A DNA stretch of 44,373 nt from a virus. The stretch is taken from IMG/VR virus record IMGVR_UViG_3300045988_033491, positions 1 through 44,373 of that record; one strand, 5' to 3'. A program made the translations under genes and the position numbers. Positions 8,101-18,797 of the stretch are shown here, in pieces (position 1 is the stretch's first letter; each line of letters begins with the position of its first letter). The notes under the pieces were generated by a model. The model was not told where the DNA came from and made no database searches. It worked only from the letters and a program-made list of their open reading frames with translations.

Positions 8101-10734
8101 TTATCCTACCTTAACAACGATATAACAGGTTTCGCCCTCCACATACGTTGCGTTAACGTAAAACCCATTGTTATAAACGTCGGTTTTCAACTCGGCGTTC
8201 TTTGCCTCGACAACCTCAATTGTTTTGCCGTCCAATTCAGCGTTAACAATAACATGGTCTAACGTCGTACCGGAATAGTCAACAAACACGTATTCCGAAC
8301 CGTTGAACGTGCAATTGTACATCGACAAACGATTGGCGGGTTGCGTAACGTCAAAGAAACAACGATACATTACGGCGGTAAACATTTTCCCCGGTGTTAA
8401 CGTGTCGCCCTGTGCAATACTATCGACGCCATGCGGGTAAACTTTCCCGGTATTGTTTCGCAATTCAAATGTTCGTCCGGTATATGTTTTCAAATCCTTA
8501 CCCACTCCGGCGGCTTTGAGGAACCCAATAGCAAATCCGACGGCGGGGGCTAACTGAACAACACGATTAACCGGGTTATCGGCATCCGCCCAATTTGCCG
8601 ACGTAAAATATATACTTGGTACGGACGTACTCCAATTTACGGCTAACGGTTTACGGAAATCGTACCCGGCAACGGGCAACGAATTAGGTACGTAATATTT
8701 GGTACTCGCCGCAACGCCAACGGGGATTGCTTGCGTAAACATTATATCCGACAATTTAACCGTTTGATTTGATACGACGTTAGTAATAACAACAACGGAT
8801 AAATTAGGCAAAAATCGGTATATGTTCTCTACGTGTATCATTGGCGTACTCGTAAACACGGGGTCGCCGGATTGTCCCGCCCTCGCAATAATGTTATCCA
8901 ATACCTCGGCGGTATTAACAATATCGTATTCCTCGACAACATCGACAAAATCACAACCGAACGTTTGCGCCTCTGTAATTTCAGTAACGCCGTTTTGCAA
9001 TACCTTTTGTTTTACATTAAATACGCTTTCATACAATTGCGTTGGCGCAACGGCGGATACTGTCATTGTCTGCGCACCGCTCGTTAACGTTCCGGTCGAA
9101 AGGTTTACAAATGTTTGATTTTCCGGCGTTCCTGTGTTTTCGGAAAGGAATACAATATTATTTCCGTCAACAATACGCATAATATAAAATTTGGTTCCGT
9201 TCGTGTGCGTCCATTCCGTACCGATTGCGGTATTATCTTTCCCGTGTGCGTTTATGGTTCCAATCATACACGGTTGCGCATGGTTCGCCCCTATCGTTGT
9301 ATTTTGTACGTGCATCGGTGCGACGTCATCGCCATTTGTATTCGTGGCGGCTCCTATTCTCCAATTTACAAAATTGAACATTGGATTACCCGCATAATTT
9401 GGATTATTGGCGGCATATCTGTTTAACGTTCCCGCAATGAAATCCGAACCACGTTTTACCGTAATGCCGGGGTTGGCAAATTCAACGGTTAATTTGGATT
9501 TTCCACCCATACCCGTAATTGCTTGCATAACATCGGATTTGTTTACCAACGTTAGTGCGTTCTTTTCGGCGTATGATTGTCCGTTATCATAATGCACCGA
9601 TTTTTCTAAAAAATAAGACTCAAAAGGTGCGGACGCTCCCAAAAATACCCCAGTCAATCGTAAATCGTAAATCATTGGTTCGGTATTTGGCGAACCGTTA
9701 TAACTTGCAACTCGGATATATTCGCAACCGTCCGGGATTGTTACGGTTTCTACGTCTGCAACTTGCGTGTTCGGTATATTAACTTGCGTACCTGTAAAGA
9801 AATTAACATAACGGCATGCTCCTATTACTCCGCCACTTCGCATACCATAAAGACGGTACGTTTGCCCGGCAACAACAGGAACAAAACCGGACGTTGATAA
9901 CGACGGGTATGTATACGGATTGCCTGCTGCATTTAAATAAAAACCGTGTTCGTATGTATCGGGGTTCAACAGGTTTGTTTCGCTTATCTTTTCCACAACG
10001 TCGAAAGCATTCGTAACCTTTTGCACATTGGTTAGGCTTTCGGCAAATGTCGTTAATTGAGCTTGTATGTCGTCTATCCCTTTGGGTACAACGTATATAT
10101 CTTGGTTTGCCGGGTTTCCAACATAACCGGGGAATGAAACAGCAAACCAAAAAACGACCTCATTTTGACCGACCGTAATTTTGGTTGTTCCTTGCGGCAA
10201 TAAAATACGCCGAACCAATGACCCGTTACCGTCCAACATATAATTATGCATGTCGCTGCGGTCGTTAGTTACATACAAGACTTGACCCGGTTTAACATTC
10301 AATTTAATACATTTGTGATCCGGGTTAGTAGAAGGAACATAAACATATCTGCTAGAATCTATATATCCCTGTACATAATTAAGAGTTGGCGACGCTTGCG
10401 TTGCGTAATTGTTTATATCCAACATATTGGGAATATCAATTTGCACTCCGTTCCAAATGCCCGTCGCATTGCTCAATATGGCAATTCCACGGGTCAAAGT
10501 GAAATTATTAAAATTGGTGTATGTTCCCAAATTGGTTGCAAACCAAAATTGCGGGCTATCCGCCCCGCTTGGGTTTGTATTAAAAGTTGCCATACCTCGG
10601 AATTGTTGACCCAATCCCAATGCGTTAACCATACTGAACAACGTTTGTTGTAACAAGTTGCCCGTAATCTCGTTTTTTCCGTTTTGCTTAATTACATTAG
10701 CAATTGCGGCTTTTAAGTCTGTATAATTTGCCAT
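8101..10734 (-). CDS. Tail fibre / receptor-binding protein (877 aa).
   Basis: Start refined to the ATG at 10734 (MANYTDLKAAIANVIKQNGKNEITGNLLQQTLFSMVNALG...). It is the last large structural gene before the lysis cassette and contains beta-rich repeated modules. Confidence 0.65.
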   Translation of the reverse strand: MANYTDLKAAIANVIKQNGKNEITGNLLQQTLFSMVNALGLGQQFRGMATFNTNPSGADSPQFWFATNLGTYTNFNNFTLTRGIAILSNATGIWNGVQIDIPNMLDINNYATQASPTLNYVQGYIDSSRYVYVPSTNPDHKCIKLNVKPGQVLYVTNDRSDMHNYMLDGNGSLVRRILLPQGTTKITVGQNEVVFWFAVSFPGYVGNPANQDIYVVPKGIDDIQAQLTTFAESLTNVQKVTNAFDVVEKISETNLLNPDTYEHGFYLNAAGNPYTYPSLSTSGFVPVVAGQTYRLYGMRSGGVIGACRYVNFFTGTQVNIPNTQVADVETVTIPDGCEYIRVASYNGSPNTEPMIYDLRLTGVFLGASAPFESYFLEKSVHYDNGQSYAEKNALTLVNKSDVMQAITGMGGKSKLTVEFANPGITVKRGSDFIAGTLNRYAANNPNYAGNPMFNFVNWRIGAATNTNGDDVAPMHVQNTTIGANHAQPCMIGTINAHGKDNTAIGTEWTHTNGTKFYIMRIVDGNNIVFLSENTGTPENQTFVNLSTGTLTSGAQTMTVSAVAPTQLYESVFNVKQKVLQNGVTEITEAQTFGCDFVDVVEEYDIVNTAEVLDNIIARAGQSGDPVFTSTPMIHVENIYRFLPNLSVVVITNVVSNQTVKLSDIMFTQAIPVGVAASTKYYVPNSLPVAGYDFRKPLAVNWSTSVPSIYFTSANWADADNPVNRVVQLAPAVGFAIGFLKAAGVGKDLKTYTGRTFELRNNTGKVYPHGVDSIAQGDTLTPGKMFTAVMYRCFFDVTQPANRLSMYNCTFNGSEYVFVDYSGTTLDHVIVNAELDGKTIEVVEAKNAELKTDVYNNGFYVNATYVEGETCYIVVKVG

Positions 10735-10744
10735 AATAAAAAAG

Positions 10745-11617
10745 TTATAAAATGTTGTTTTTGAAATCGTTATTATAATCATTGTTGAAATCGCCGCCCG
10801 TTGGCGTAATGTATCCCCGTCCAATCTTTTTAATAACCGTTGCGGTCTGAAATTCCGCCTCAACGCTTGCTAAATTACCCTGTGTTTGCCATTTGGGGGT
10901 AATCAAAAACGTATCGCACGGATAAACACGCCCGTAATTATCGGTAACGGTTACAAAATCACTCATACGGATTATACGCATTACATCGCAAAGGTATTCG
11001 GGGGCTAAAAAAACAAACCTGTATGTCTTTTCGCTAACCTGTTTTTCCGGGAAAAAATACCCGTCCCGGTTTTCGCCCTCTTCCTCAAACACGTATTCCG
11101 GTTTTCCCAACTGCGTACAAAGGTACAAACGGTTTTTATACAGGGGGTCAACGTACACAATTTGCCCGTCGTCAAATACCATGTTTTCAACGTCGTACCA
11201 TTCAATTGTTAAATAGTTGGTATTCGTCATATTTACCAACGTAAAAACTTCGGAATACCACGTTTGCGCCCCGTCGGATAATTGGGCATAATATTGCCCC
11301 TCCGCCGAACTCCATATTAACGGCAACAAAGCCGTATAAACAATAACGTCATAACCCAAAGCCTCAAACGGGACAATTGACAATCCCGTTTCGGCAATCT
11401 GTGTGGTTAAATCTGCAACCTGTGTTCCGTCAATCTTATAAATCCTAAAATAATTTAGTCCGTTTGTACGGTGCGGGCGCACAATCTGAAACGGCAACAA
11501 CATATTCAACGGCGTAAACAGGGGGTAAACGTCCCCGTATGAATATGTTTTGCGGTGGTTCTGTTCGTCTAACGACTGATACCACGGTAAAACGCTTAAA
11601 TTATTATTCTGTATCAT
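10745..11617 (-). CDS. Tail/baseplate structural protein (290 aa).
   Basis: Sits between two large distal tail genes and overlaps the upstream gene by 14 nt. C-terminal DFNNDYNNDF motif. Confidence 0.55.
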   Translation of the reverse strand: MIQNNNLSVLPWYQSLDEQNHRKTYSYGDVYPLFTPLNMLLPFQIVRPHRTNGLNYFRIYKIDGTQVADLTTQIAETGLSIVPFEALGYDVIVYTALLPLIWSSAEGQYYAQLSDGAQTWYSEVFTLVNMTNTNYLTIEWYDVENMVFDDGQIVYVDPLYKNRLYLCTQLGKPEYVFEEEGENRDGYFFPEKQVSEKTYRFVFLAPEYLCDVMRIIRMSDFVTVTDNYGRVYPCDTFLITPKWQTQGNLASVEAEFQTATVIKKIGRGYITPTGGDFNNDYNNDFKNNIL

Positions 11618-14423
11618 ACTTTAATGTTACTTTGTTGCTACGACTATGCAAAGTTATTGAAATCTTGTCTATTTGCCCGCTCCCTATACTTGTTTTTATT
11701 AGTTTCATCGGGTCGGGGTCGTCAATTGACGGATATGTTACCGTTTGTTTCTTTTTCCGGTCGATACCGTATGCGTATGTTTCGGAATTATTGATTTTAA
11801 CCCGGCGGGCGGGCAAATCATACGGATAATATGTTGGTTGCAAATATATCCAACTTAAATACCCGTTTTGTATTTCGTAATCCAACCCGTTGTTACTGTA
11901 TTGAATAAACGGCAATTTATAAATTGGGTCAATCTCAATGCCGTAAGCATCCCCCGTTTGATAGGTAATAAAGATTTGCCCGCAATCCGCCGGAACATTC
12001 AATTGTTGCCGTGTATATATCTTTTTAGAACCCGTACCGATAAATTCATCTGATTGCCCAATATAGGCTTTCAAACTTCCGTCCTCGTTGGTACTCCAAT
12101 AGGTCGCCAAAACTGTTATTACGCCTCCCGTTGACCCGGTAACATATATATTGCCGTGTTCTTTTGGCAATGTAACCCGGTACGTCTGATATGGCGGACG
12201 GTTTGGATATTTAACGCCTCGCCAATAAAACGTATTGGATTCTGTAAACGCCGTATAACTATTATCGGCGGATATTGCCGCAAACAGGGCGAACCCGTCG
12301 TTACTCATTTCGCCGGGGTTCAACAACATAAAATCCACGTCGGTTGTAAAGTTGGAAACGTTTATTGTTTCAATCTTTCCGGGCGTAACGTACTTACTTA
12401 AAACCTCAATCGGGTATCCCTCGAAAGCCTGTGTAACGTCGTCCATCCATTCAAATTGGAAACGTTCCGGCATATCCACTTTATCAAATTCCCATGCGGC
12501 GGTATTGAAATCCCACGATTTGCCGTTACGGGTATTGATAATTTCCTGTAAATCGACGTTGAATTGTTGGTTGTAACTATACGAACCGCCATTGCGGAAC
12601 CATTGTATATGCTCAATCTTAAATTTGCCGTCCTGTATGTACCAATAACAACGGAAACAATCCCGCAACATATTTGTAATTTGTTGCAATGTTACGGGGG
12701 CTTTTTGTGCGGGTTGGTCGTATTCGCCTTTTAAGATATTTGTTTTTTGCGTTATTAAAAGAGTAAAACGGTTGTATCCTATTGGATTGGAACCCGTCCC
12801 GTATAAAAATTGGCTATATTCCGGGGTTGCTTCGTGGGTTATTCCCGGCGCAATTTGTCCCAACAATACCGATATAACGGACGCAAGCGGGTACGCATCC
12901 CGCAACGTGTATGTTTTGCGCCCCTCTCTTTCCAATATCCAATCAAACGTCGCAAAGCCGAACCAAATAGACGCATAACGCCACGTTGACCGGGCAATTG
13001 GGAAAAACGTTTGCCCCCAAATTGAATACGGGGGAATAAAGTATTTACCGTTGTCCGCTAATCCCCATTGGGTCGGCTCGTTGGAAAAGTTATTGGATAT
13101 ATACGCCACGTCGATTGCGTAACCGATTGCCCGTTTATAATTGCGGTTGTTCTCTACAATATCATCCGCCGGAATTTGGTACGTATTTAATCCGCTTATT
13201 GTGTCAACATCTAACAGATAACGAACGTAAATATTATATGTTGCCATTTCTGCCAATACCGTACCCGTTGCACCATTAGCGGTATTGGCGTTCATTGTGA
13301 AATCTAAATTATCCCATACCCCGGAACCGCCTATATTTGTCGAATATGAAAACATAATTGTATTATCGGACGTCCTAACTAAATTGCAATTTACAATTCC
13401 GAAAAACGGAGGTACATAAGCAACGGAAACATCAATACGAAAACCGTTAGACGTTTCGGGGTATAACGACCCGGTAAAATTGTTACTTTCTCGGTCTAAC
13501 TTCATGGAACCCGCATATAATCCGGCAACCGCTTTTGGCGTACCATTGTCGGCGGTAATGCGTATTTCTTTCAGCATATTGCACAAAGCAAAATGATAAT
13601 CGTAAACCAATGCCCGGCGGTCGGTTACTGCGTTGGCATCCTGTTCCCAATAGTTGCCGGAAAGAAAACACGAAACGACACTATCGCCCGGAATGTAACA
13701 TTGAATAAGCGGGCGTTTTGCAAGATTAAGACGGTTTATTTTCGGGGCTAACGTTATTAAATTATATTCCTTTTCCAATCCCGCCAATACGTCGTTATAT
13801 TCGTCCACGGTGTTAGGTTGCAACGTAACCTTTTTATCCGGGATACTCCATTGGCAATCCGTTTTCATAAATTTGCCGTGATAATATTCCGACCACGTTT
13901 GCCCCCAATCGTTCGATTTGTAGATATAAAATTGAAATTCAGTTTCAAAGGTTGCGTTATTCAACAAATCAAACTCTTTTCCGACAAAGGATATTTTGCC
14001 GGATATTTTCGGGCGGTAAAAGTGGTTATTGGTTTCAATTTCCCAATCTTTCGCCAAATCGTCCTTATAAACGGGGTGCATCAACTTTAATTCGTAAACC
14101 GTGAAATTCTGCCAATCTGCAACCCGTGTACTCGACCGGATATAATACGCATCGTCGGGAACCTTAATTGTTGTATTATCCGGGTCATACATAGCCCCGC
14201 CCGGAACACGTACTTTGTTGGCATCGTAAAACACGTAATTATAACACAACCCAAATTGTACACGTGAACCCGGCGTTACTTTCATATAACCGGACGTATT
14301 GAAAGCGGAATTTTCAACGGTATTACCTCCCAAAGATAACACCGCCCCAATTGTTGCGTCGCCCGCCCAATAACTAAACAGGTTTTCCCCTGTTGTAATT
14401 AGAAATTCATATATCGGGTTCAT
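11604..14423 (-). CDS. Large distal tail / baseplate protein (939 aa; Dit/Tal-position).
   Basis: Starts 1 nt after the tape-measure stop. The size and position are typical of a siphovirus tail-tip protein. Confidence 0.6.
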   Translation of the reverse strand: MNPIYEFLITTGENLFSYWAGDATIGAVLSLGGNTVENSAFNTSGYMKVTPGSRVQFGLCYNYVFYDANKVRVPGGAMYDPDNTTIKVPDDAYYIRSSTRVADWQNFTVYELKLMHPVYKDDLAKDWEIETNNHFYRPKISGKISFVGKEFDLLNNATFETEFQFYIYKSNDWGQTWSEYYHGKFMKTDCQWSIPDKKVTLQPNTVDEYNDVLAGLEKEYNLITLAPKINRLNLAKRPLIQCYIPGDSVVSCFLSGNYWEQDANAVTDRRALVYDYHFALCNMLKEIRITADNGTPKAVAGLYAGSMKLDRESNNFTGSLYPETSNGFRIDVSVAYVPPFFGIVNCNLVRTSDNTIMFSYSTNIGGSGVWDNLDFTMNANTANGATGTVLAEMATYNIYVRYLLDVDTISGLNTYQIPADDIVENNRNYKRAIGYAIDVAYISNNFSNEPTQWGLADNGKYFIPPYSIWGQTFFPIARSTWRYASIWFGFATFDWILEREGRKTYTLRDAYPLASVISVLLGQIAPGITHEATPEYSQFLYGTGSNPIGYNRFTLLITQKTNILKGEYDQPAQKAPVTLQQITNMLRDCFRCYWYIQDGKFKIEHIQWFRNGGSYSYNQQFNVDLQEIINTRNGKSWDFNTAAWEFDKVDMPERFQFEWMDDVTQAFEGYPIEVLSKYVTPGKIETINVSNFTTDVDFMLLNPGEMSNDGFALFAAISADNSYTAFTESNTFYWRGVKYPNRPPYQTYRVTLPKEHGNIYVTGSTGGVITVLATYWSTNEDGSLKAYIGQSDEFIGTGSKKIYTRQQLNVPADCGQIFITYQTGDAYGIEIDPIYKLPFIQYSNNGLDYEIQNGYLSWIYLQPTYYPYDLPARRVKINNSETYAYGIDRKKKQTVTYPSIDDPDPMKLIKTSIGSGQIDKISITLHSRSNKVTLKYDTE

Positions 14424-14424
14424 A

Positions 14425-17400
14425 CTAATTTTTATATGTTCGTTTCAAATTCTTGTAAATCTCAACAACCCGACCGTTTCCGGTTACATAGAAACGGCGT
14501 TTGTTTTGCTCTTTAATTTCCCGTACATCGTCCGACAATTCCCGTATATCCGTGGAACCTCCGTTTGCGTTTATTGTTATGGTATCCGCCCCGTTGTATG
14601 CGTTGCCATACTTATGCGCAAAGGTTCCGTTGTTCAACGACTTTATTACGTCCGGGATAAGACGGCGGAACCTCCGGGAATTACGTTTATTGATAACGGC
14701 GAAAAACTCGCCGCCCTCGGCACGTCGCCGGGTTCCGTCCGGCTTGGTTCCTAAATCTACATCGTTGCCGGATTGGTGCGACCCACCGCCCAACAACTCA
14801 ACCGTACCGTCGCCGTAACTTTCCGACCCGCCCCCCTCGGCGGCTTTCGTCATTTGGGACGCTTTTATTTTGGCGGCGGCGAACGACGCCCACATAACAG
14901 CGATTGCCGGAATTGCAAACGGGAACCCCAATTGCGACCAAATCAAAGCGGACGCCGTTACAAGGTTTCCGATTTGTTGGATTGTTTGGATTGCCTGTTG
15001 TGCCTTTTGCGCTTTCTGTTGTTCTTTCAACGCTTTGTCTTGGTTCCGCTTGGCGTTATCCAATTCCTTTTGCGCCATAACAACGTTATTGGCGTAACCG
15101 TTTGCCCTTGCTTCCAATTCAGCATCCAACGAACGTTGTGCGCTGTCAACCTCTTTGTCGGCGGCGGTAACGGCGGCATCGGCGGCGGCTAATTTAGCCT
15201 GTAAAAAGGTATCCAATTGCTCCATTGCGAACGATACGGACGTACTTATTGCCTCCTTTTGGTCGTCGTCTAAATTCAGCCCGAAAAGCCCGTATATATC
15301 GTTGCCTCGTTCGTCGCCTTTGCTTTTCTCAATTTCTTGGTTGATTTTGGCAATTGTGTTTTCTATTGTCTTAACCTCCTGTTCTGTCATTTTGACCCCG
15401 GCGGTTTTATTCAATTCCAAAATCTTTTGCAAACGCTTCTTTTCTTGGTCTAACCGGAACCGGGTTTTGCGTTCCTCGCTGTTACGCAACAAATCGAACT
15501 CCGACGCATCTAACGCCTGTTGTTGGTCGAATAACAACAACGCCCGTTGGTTGTTTAATTCGGTCGTCTGTTTCAATACCTCGGCATCGTATTTGGCGTT
15601 TATATCCGCTTCGTTTTGGCGGACGTCCTCGGCTAACTGCCTGTTTTGCGCCAATTCGATTGCCCGTTGTTGTTGCAACAATTGAATACGCAAATTTATT
15701 TCTTCCTGTGAACCCTCACGGGCGGCGTCCAAACGTAATTGCGTCCGTTGCGCTTCCCGGTTCATTTGGTCGATTGTAATTTGGTCGTTCAATTCGCCCA
15801 ACTCTTTTGCGTACTGTTGTTGCAATAGGGTTTGTTGGTTCAGCAACTCGGTCGTTTGCGCCTCGGTCAATCCCCGTTCGGTTTCCAACCGGGTTGTTAT
15901 ATCCTGTATTTGCCTATCGTATTCGACCCGCAATTGTTCCCGTTGCTTTTCTGCCCCCTCTGCCATAAGTGCAATTTGGGCGTCCTGCGTGGTACGTTGC
16001 GCCGCCAATTCCGCCGCCCGTTGTTGGTTGGCAATATCGACCATATCGTTTGCCAACTGTTGACGTAATGCCGTAATTTGGTCGTTCAACGCTTTGCGGG
16101 CTTTAGTTGTTAAATTCGCCTCCGTGCGCAACTGCAATTGTATATCGGCTATTGCACGGGCGTTGGCGGCTTGACGTTGCGCCCTCTGTTGGTCGAACGA
16201 ATTTTTAATTAACGCAATCCGGGCGTCCTCGGCTTTTCGTAAAATATCGGTTTCGGCTTTGGCGGCGTTCCGGTTTTCCTGTTGACGTTGTGCGTCTTGG
16301 ATTTTACGTTGTGCATCCAAATCCGCCCCCTCGGTTTTCAGATTAACGGCAATATCAACCGCCCGCCCGGTATTATCTATTTGCCCCTGTATGGCGTCTA
16401 TTGCATCATCAACCTTTACTTTATCAATCTTTCCGTCCAAATCGACGTCAATGTATATTTTTTTGTCGCCCCTTGCTTTGGCTTGATTGACACGCAACAA
16501 CATTTCGTTCAACTGTTGTAATTTCGCCCGGTTCGCCTCTAAATCGTTCAATTCTTGTGCATAAAATCCGACCGATTTATTGTGCGCCTTTGTACGTTCC
16601 GCCAATATTTCGTCCTCAATTTTCCGGGTTTCTCCCAAACTTGCGTTACGGGCTTTTGCAATGTTCAATTCCCGTTCCAATTGCGCAACACGTTCGTTGC
16701 TTACTCGGTTCATTTCGGTTGCCTCGGTTGCAAGGTAATCCAACCACGCCTTTTGCGCTTCGTTAAGTTTCTGTTGGTTCTTTGCCGATTTGTCAGTATT
16801 AGAGGCAAACAGGACTAACGCCCCGACAACGGTAATCAATGCCAACGCCAACAGAACATAAGGGTTTGCCGCCGCAATAAGATTAAACGCCTTTTGCGCT
16901 ACTGTCGCCGCCAACGTCGCCTTTGTCCCCTGCATGGTTACAAGTCGGTTGTAAACTTGCGCTTTCGACAACGCCGCCATTTGGATACGGGAAATACCCA
17001 ACATAACCGCCGATTGTTTTTGCACGGCGTTTTGTATCGCCTGTACTCCGGTCGTAATAGCGATTGCCGCTTGTAACTTCTTTTGCGCCTCTTGTACGTC
17101 CTCACTTTCCGCCCCGAACAATTCCATTGCCCCGGTAAATGCCGCAAAGCCACCGGACGCCGCCGCCGCCGCACCCAACACGGCATCCAAATTGGACGTA
17201 TCCGACGCCATGCGGGTAATTTCGGCGGTCGCATCCTTGACCGCATCCCGCAATATTGCCGTTTCTTTGCTCAACTGTTGGTATTCCGCCGTCCCCTGTT
17301 TGCCCTCCAAACGCAACAACGCCAATTGCTTTGTTTGGTTTTCTATTTGGGTCGTCAGTCCTTTTGCGGCGTCGGAATAGTTACCCACGTTCAACGACGT

Positions 17401-17919
17401 TTTCCCGGTCGCTTCCTGCAACCGCTTCATTTCCTCGTATATCGCTTTTGTTTCCGCAACCAACTTGCGCCCCTCCTCGGTTGCTTCCCGTTCCTCAACC
17501 GTCATGTTGTTAAGATAGATTTTGTTAAGGGAATATTGCGCCGACAACCTGTTATATGAACCCTCGGCGGATTGGTTCAATTTGATAACAAGTTTATTTA
17601 TATCGTTCGCCTCCTTTTGGGCTTGCTTCAATTCTGCCAACCGCTTTGCGTTCTCGCTTTCCGCAAATGCCAAATCCCGTGCCGCACGGGTTAAACGGTC
17701 TGTATCCGACGTTGCGCCCTTTATGGTTTTTCGCCCGTCCTCGGTTGCCCCGGATACGCCCGCCAAAGCCGCCCGAACACTAATTGCCTCACTCTTAATA
17801 TTTTTTAGAGTGTTCATATAGGCGTCGGAAAGTTGGTCTAATTGGTTGATTAGGTCGGTAATCGAATTATCCGGCTTAACCAAATCACTATATTTAATCG
17901 GGTTGTTATTATCTGCCAT
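14425..17919 (-). CDS. Tape measure protein (1164 aa).
   Basis: Very long Q/A/E/R/L-rich coiled coil. Central hydrophobic segment AFNLIAAANPYVLLALALITVVGALVLFA and a glycine-rich C-terminal part. It lies upstream of the tail-tip genes. Confidence 0.85.
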   Translation of the reverse strand: MADNNNPIKYSDLVKPDNSITDLINQLDQLSDAYMNTLKNIKSEAISVRAALAGVSGATEDGRKTIKGATSDTDRLTRAARDLAFAESENAKRLAELKQAQKEANDINKLVIKLNQSAEGSYNRLSAQYSLNKIYLNNMTVEEREATEEGRKLVAETKAIYEEMKRLQEATGKTSLNVGNYSDAAKGLTTQIENQTKQLALLRLEGKQGTAEYQQLSKETAILRDAVKDATAEITRMASDTSNLDAVLGAAAAASGGFAAFTGAMELFGAESEDVQEAQKKLQAAIAITTGVQAIQNAVQKQSAVMLGISRIQMAALSKAQVYNRLVTMQGTKATLAATVAQKAFNLIAAANPYVLLALALITVVGALVLFASNTDKSAKNQQKLNEAQKAWLDYLATEATEMNRVSNERVAQLERELNIAKARNASLGETRKIEDEILAERTKAHNKSVGFYAQELNDLEANRAKLQQLNEMLLRVNQAKARGDKKIYIDVDLDGKIDKVKVDDAIDAIQGQIDNTGRAVDIAVNLKTEGADLDAQRKIQDAQRQQENRNAAKAETDILRKAEDARIALIKNSFDQQRAQRQAANARAIADIQLQLRTEANLTTKARKALNDQITALRQQLANDMVDIANQQRAAELAAQRTTQDAQIALMAEGAEKQREQLRVEYDRQIQDITTRLETERGLTEAQTTELLNQQTLLQQQYAKELGELNDQITIDQMNREAQRTQLRLDAAREGSQEEINLRIQLLQQQRAIELAQNRQLAEDVRQNEADINAKYDAEVLKQTTELNNQRALLLFDQQQALDASEFDLLRNSEERKTRFRLDQEKKRLQKILELNKTAGVKMTEQEVKTIENTIAKINQEIEKSKGDERGNDIYGLFGLNLDDDQKEAISTSVSFAMEQLDTFLQAKLAAADAAVTAADKEVDSAQRSLDAELEARANGYANNVVMAQKELDNAKRNQDKALKEQQKAQKAQQAIQTIQQIGNLVTASALIWSQLGFPFAIPAIAVMWASFAAAKIKASQMTKAAEGGGSESYGDGTVELLGGGSHQSGNDVDLGTKPDGTRRRAEGGEFFAVINKRNSRRFRRLIPDVIKSLNNGTFAHKYGNAYNGADTITINANGGSTDIRELSDDVREIKEQNKRRFYVTGNGRVVEIYKNLKRTYKN

Positions 17920-18026
17920 AACGCCAATAATTACTTTGTTATTTTGGGGAAATATCCCCGTATTTCAATTTTCTTTTCTCGGTAATACAAATTTACCCAC
18001 CGGAACCAAACAAAGCCGGAAACGGG

Positions 18027-18797
18027 CTAATTTTTGCCCGCTTTGGCTTTTGCCTGTTTAGTCGTCTGTTTGATATACTCGAAAGCGTTATAATATTCCA
18101 ATACGGTAAACGTTTTCGGGTTAACGTGCAAATGTTGGGATAACATTAAACACATATTTTCAAACTGTTTGTCGTACTGTATTTCCATGCTATCCGACCC
18201 GCTAAACGATTGGGGTTTGGTATAAGTCAACAACAACGTTGTTATATCGTCAATTTCCGCCCGCTTATCGCTTTCGTCGCCCTGTATGATTGCATCCAAC
18301 ATTAACAACGTGCGTTGCTTCAATTGGTCGTAATACTCTTTAACCGTGGCGTCGTCGAATGATTTAGGAAAATACAATTGCAATTCTTCATCTATTTTTT
18401 TTTTGACCGCTTCCAATTGGGCGGTCAACTCTCCGTTCGGCGTATCTTTGAACAATTCCAACACCTTTGCCAATCCGTCCGGGGATAAATCGTTGTACTC
18501 GGTTCCGTTGACCTTGCGCACCAAAGCGCAAAACGCCAAATACCGGGGCGACATATCCGTTTGCACGAAATACACGTTTTGCCGTAAATTATCCAATTCC
18601 TTTTCCGCCAAATCCGGCTTACCTACTCGGATAAACCGGATTGTCTTTTCAATATGCGTGTCCCAATCTGCCAAATCGGAACCAATCCCGGCGTCGATTA
18701 ACAACGCTTTGTTATACGCATGAAAACGGGCAATCGGCAATTCGTCGATTGCGTCGTACAATTCGACCTCCAAATTTCCAATCTTTGTTGTTTTCAT
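18027..18797 (-). CDS. Putative tail assembly chaperone (256 aa, acidic, helical).
   Basis: Start refined to the ATG at 18797 (MKTTKIGNLEVELYD...), which forms an ATGA overlap with the upstream stop. It lies immediately upstream of the tape measure gene. Confidence 0.5.
   Translation of the reverse strand: MKTTKIGNLEVELYDAIDELPIARFHAYNKALLIDAGIGSDLADWDTHIEKTIRFIRVGKPDLAEKELDNLRQNVYFVQTDMSPRYLAFCALVRKVNGTEYNDLSPDGLAKVLELFKDTPNGELTAQLEAVKKKIDEELQLYFPKSFDDATVKEYYDQLKQRTLLMLDAIIQGDESDKRAEIDDITTLLLTYTKPQSFSGSDSMEIQYDKQFENMCLMLSQHLHVNPKTFTVLEYYNAFEYIKQTTKQAKAKAGKN

Noticed and set aside
16938-17246. Alternative-frame minus-strand ORFs rich in Arg/Lys/Pro (16938..17246, 37750..38040, 40461..40814, 9803..10150, 36688..36990).
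   Set aside because: Each is nested entirely within a longer ORF that has clear domain features. Their composition is typical of off-frame translation of coiled-coil or GC-rich coding sequence.
17988-18018. A TAAATTTG box upstream of the tape measure gene as an internal promoter.
   Set aside because: The nearest TTTG is only 15 bp upstream, versus 19-21 in the consensus and exactly 19 in the four good cassettes. It is also unaccompanied by the leader hairpin.
17920-18797. A programmed -1 frameshift producing a G/GT-type chaperone pair upstream of the tape measure gene.
   Set aside because: No overlapping downstream ORF continues past the stop at 18027, I found no obvious slippery heptamer, and the 107-bp gap before the tape measure start is non-coding.
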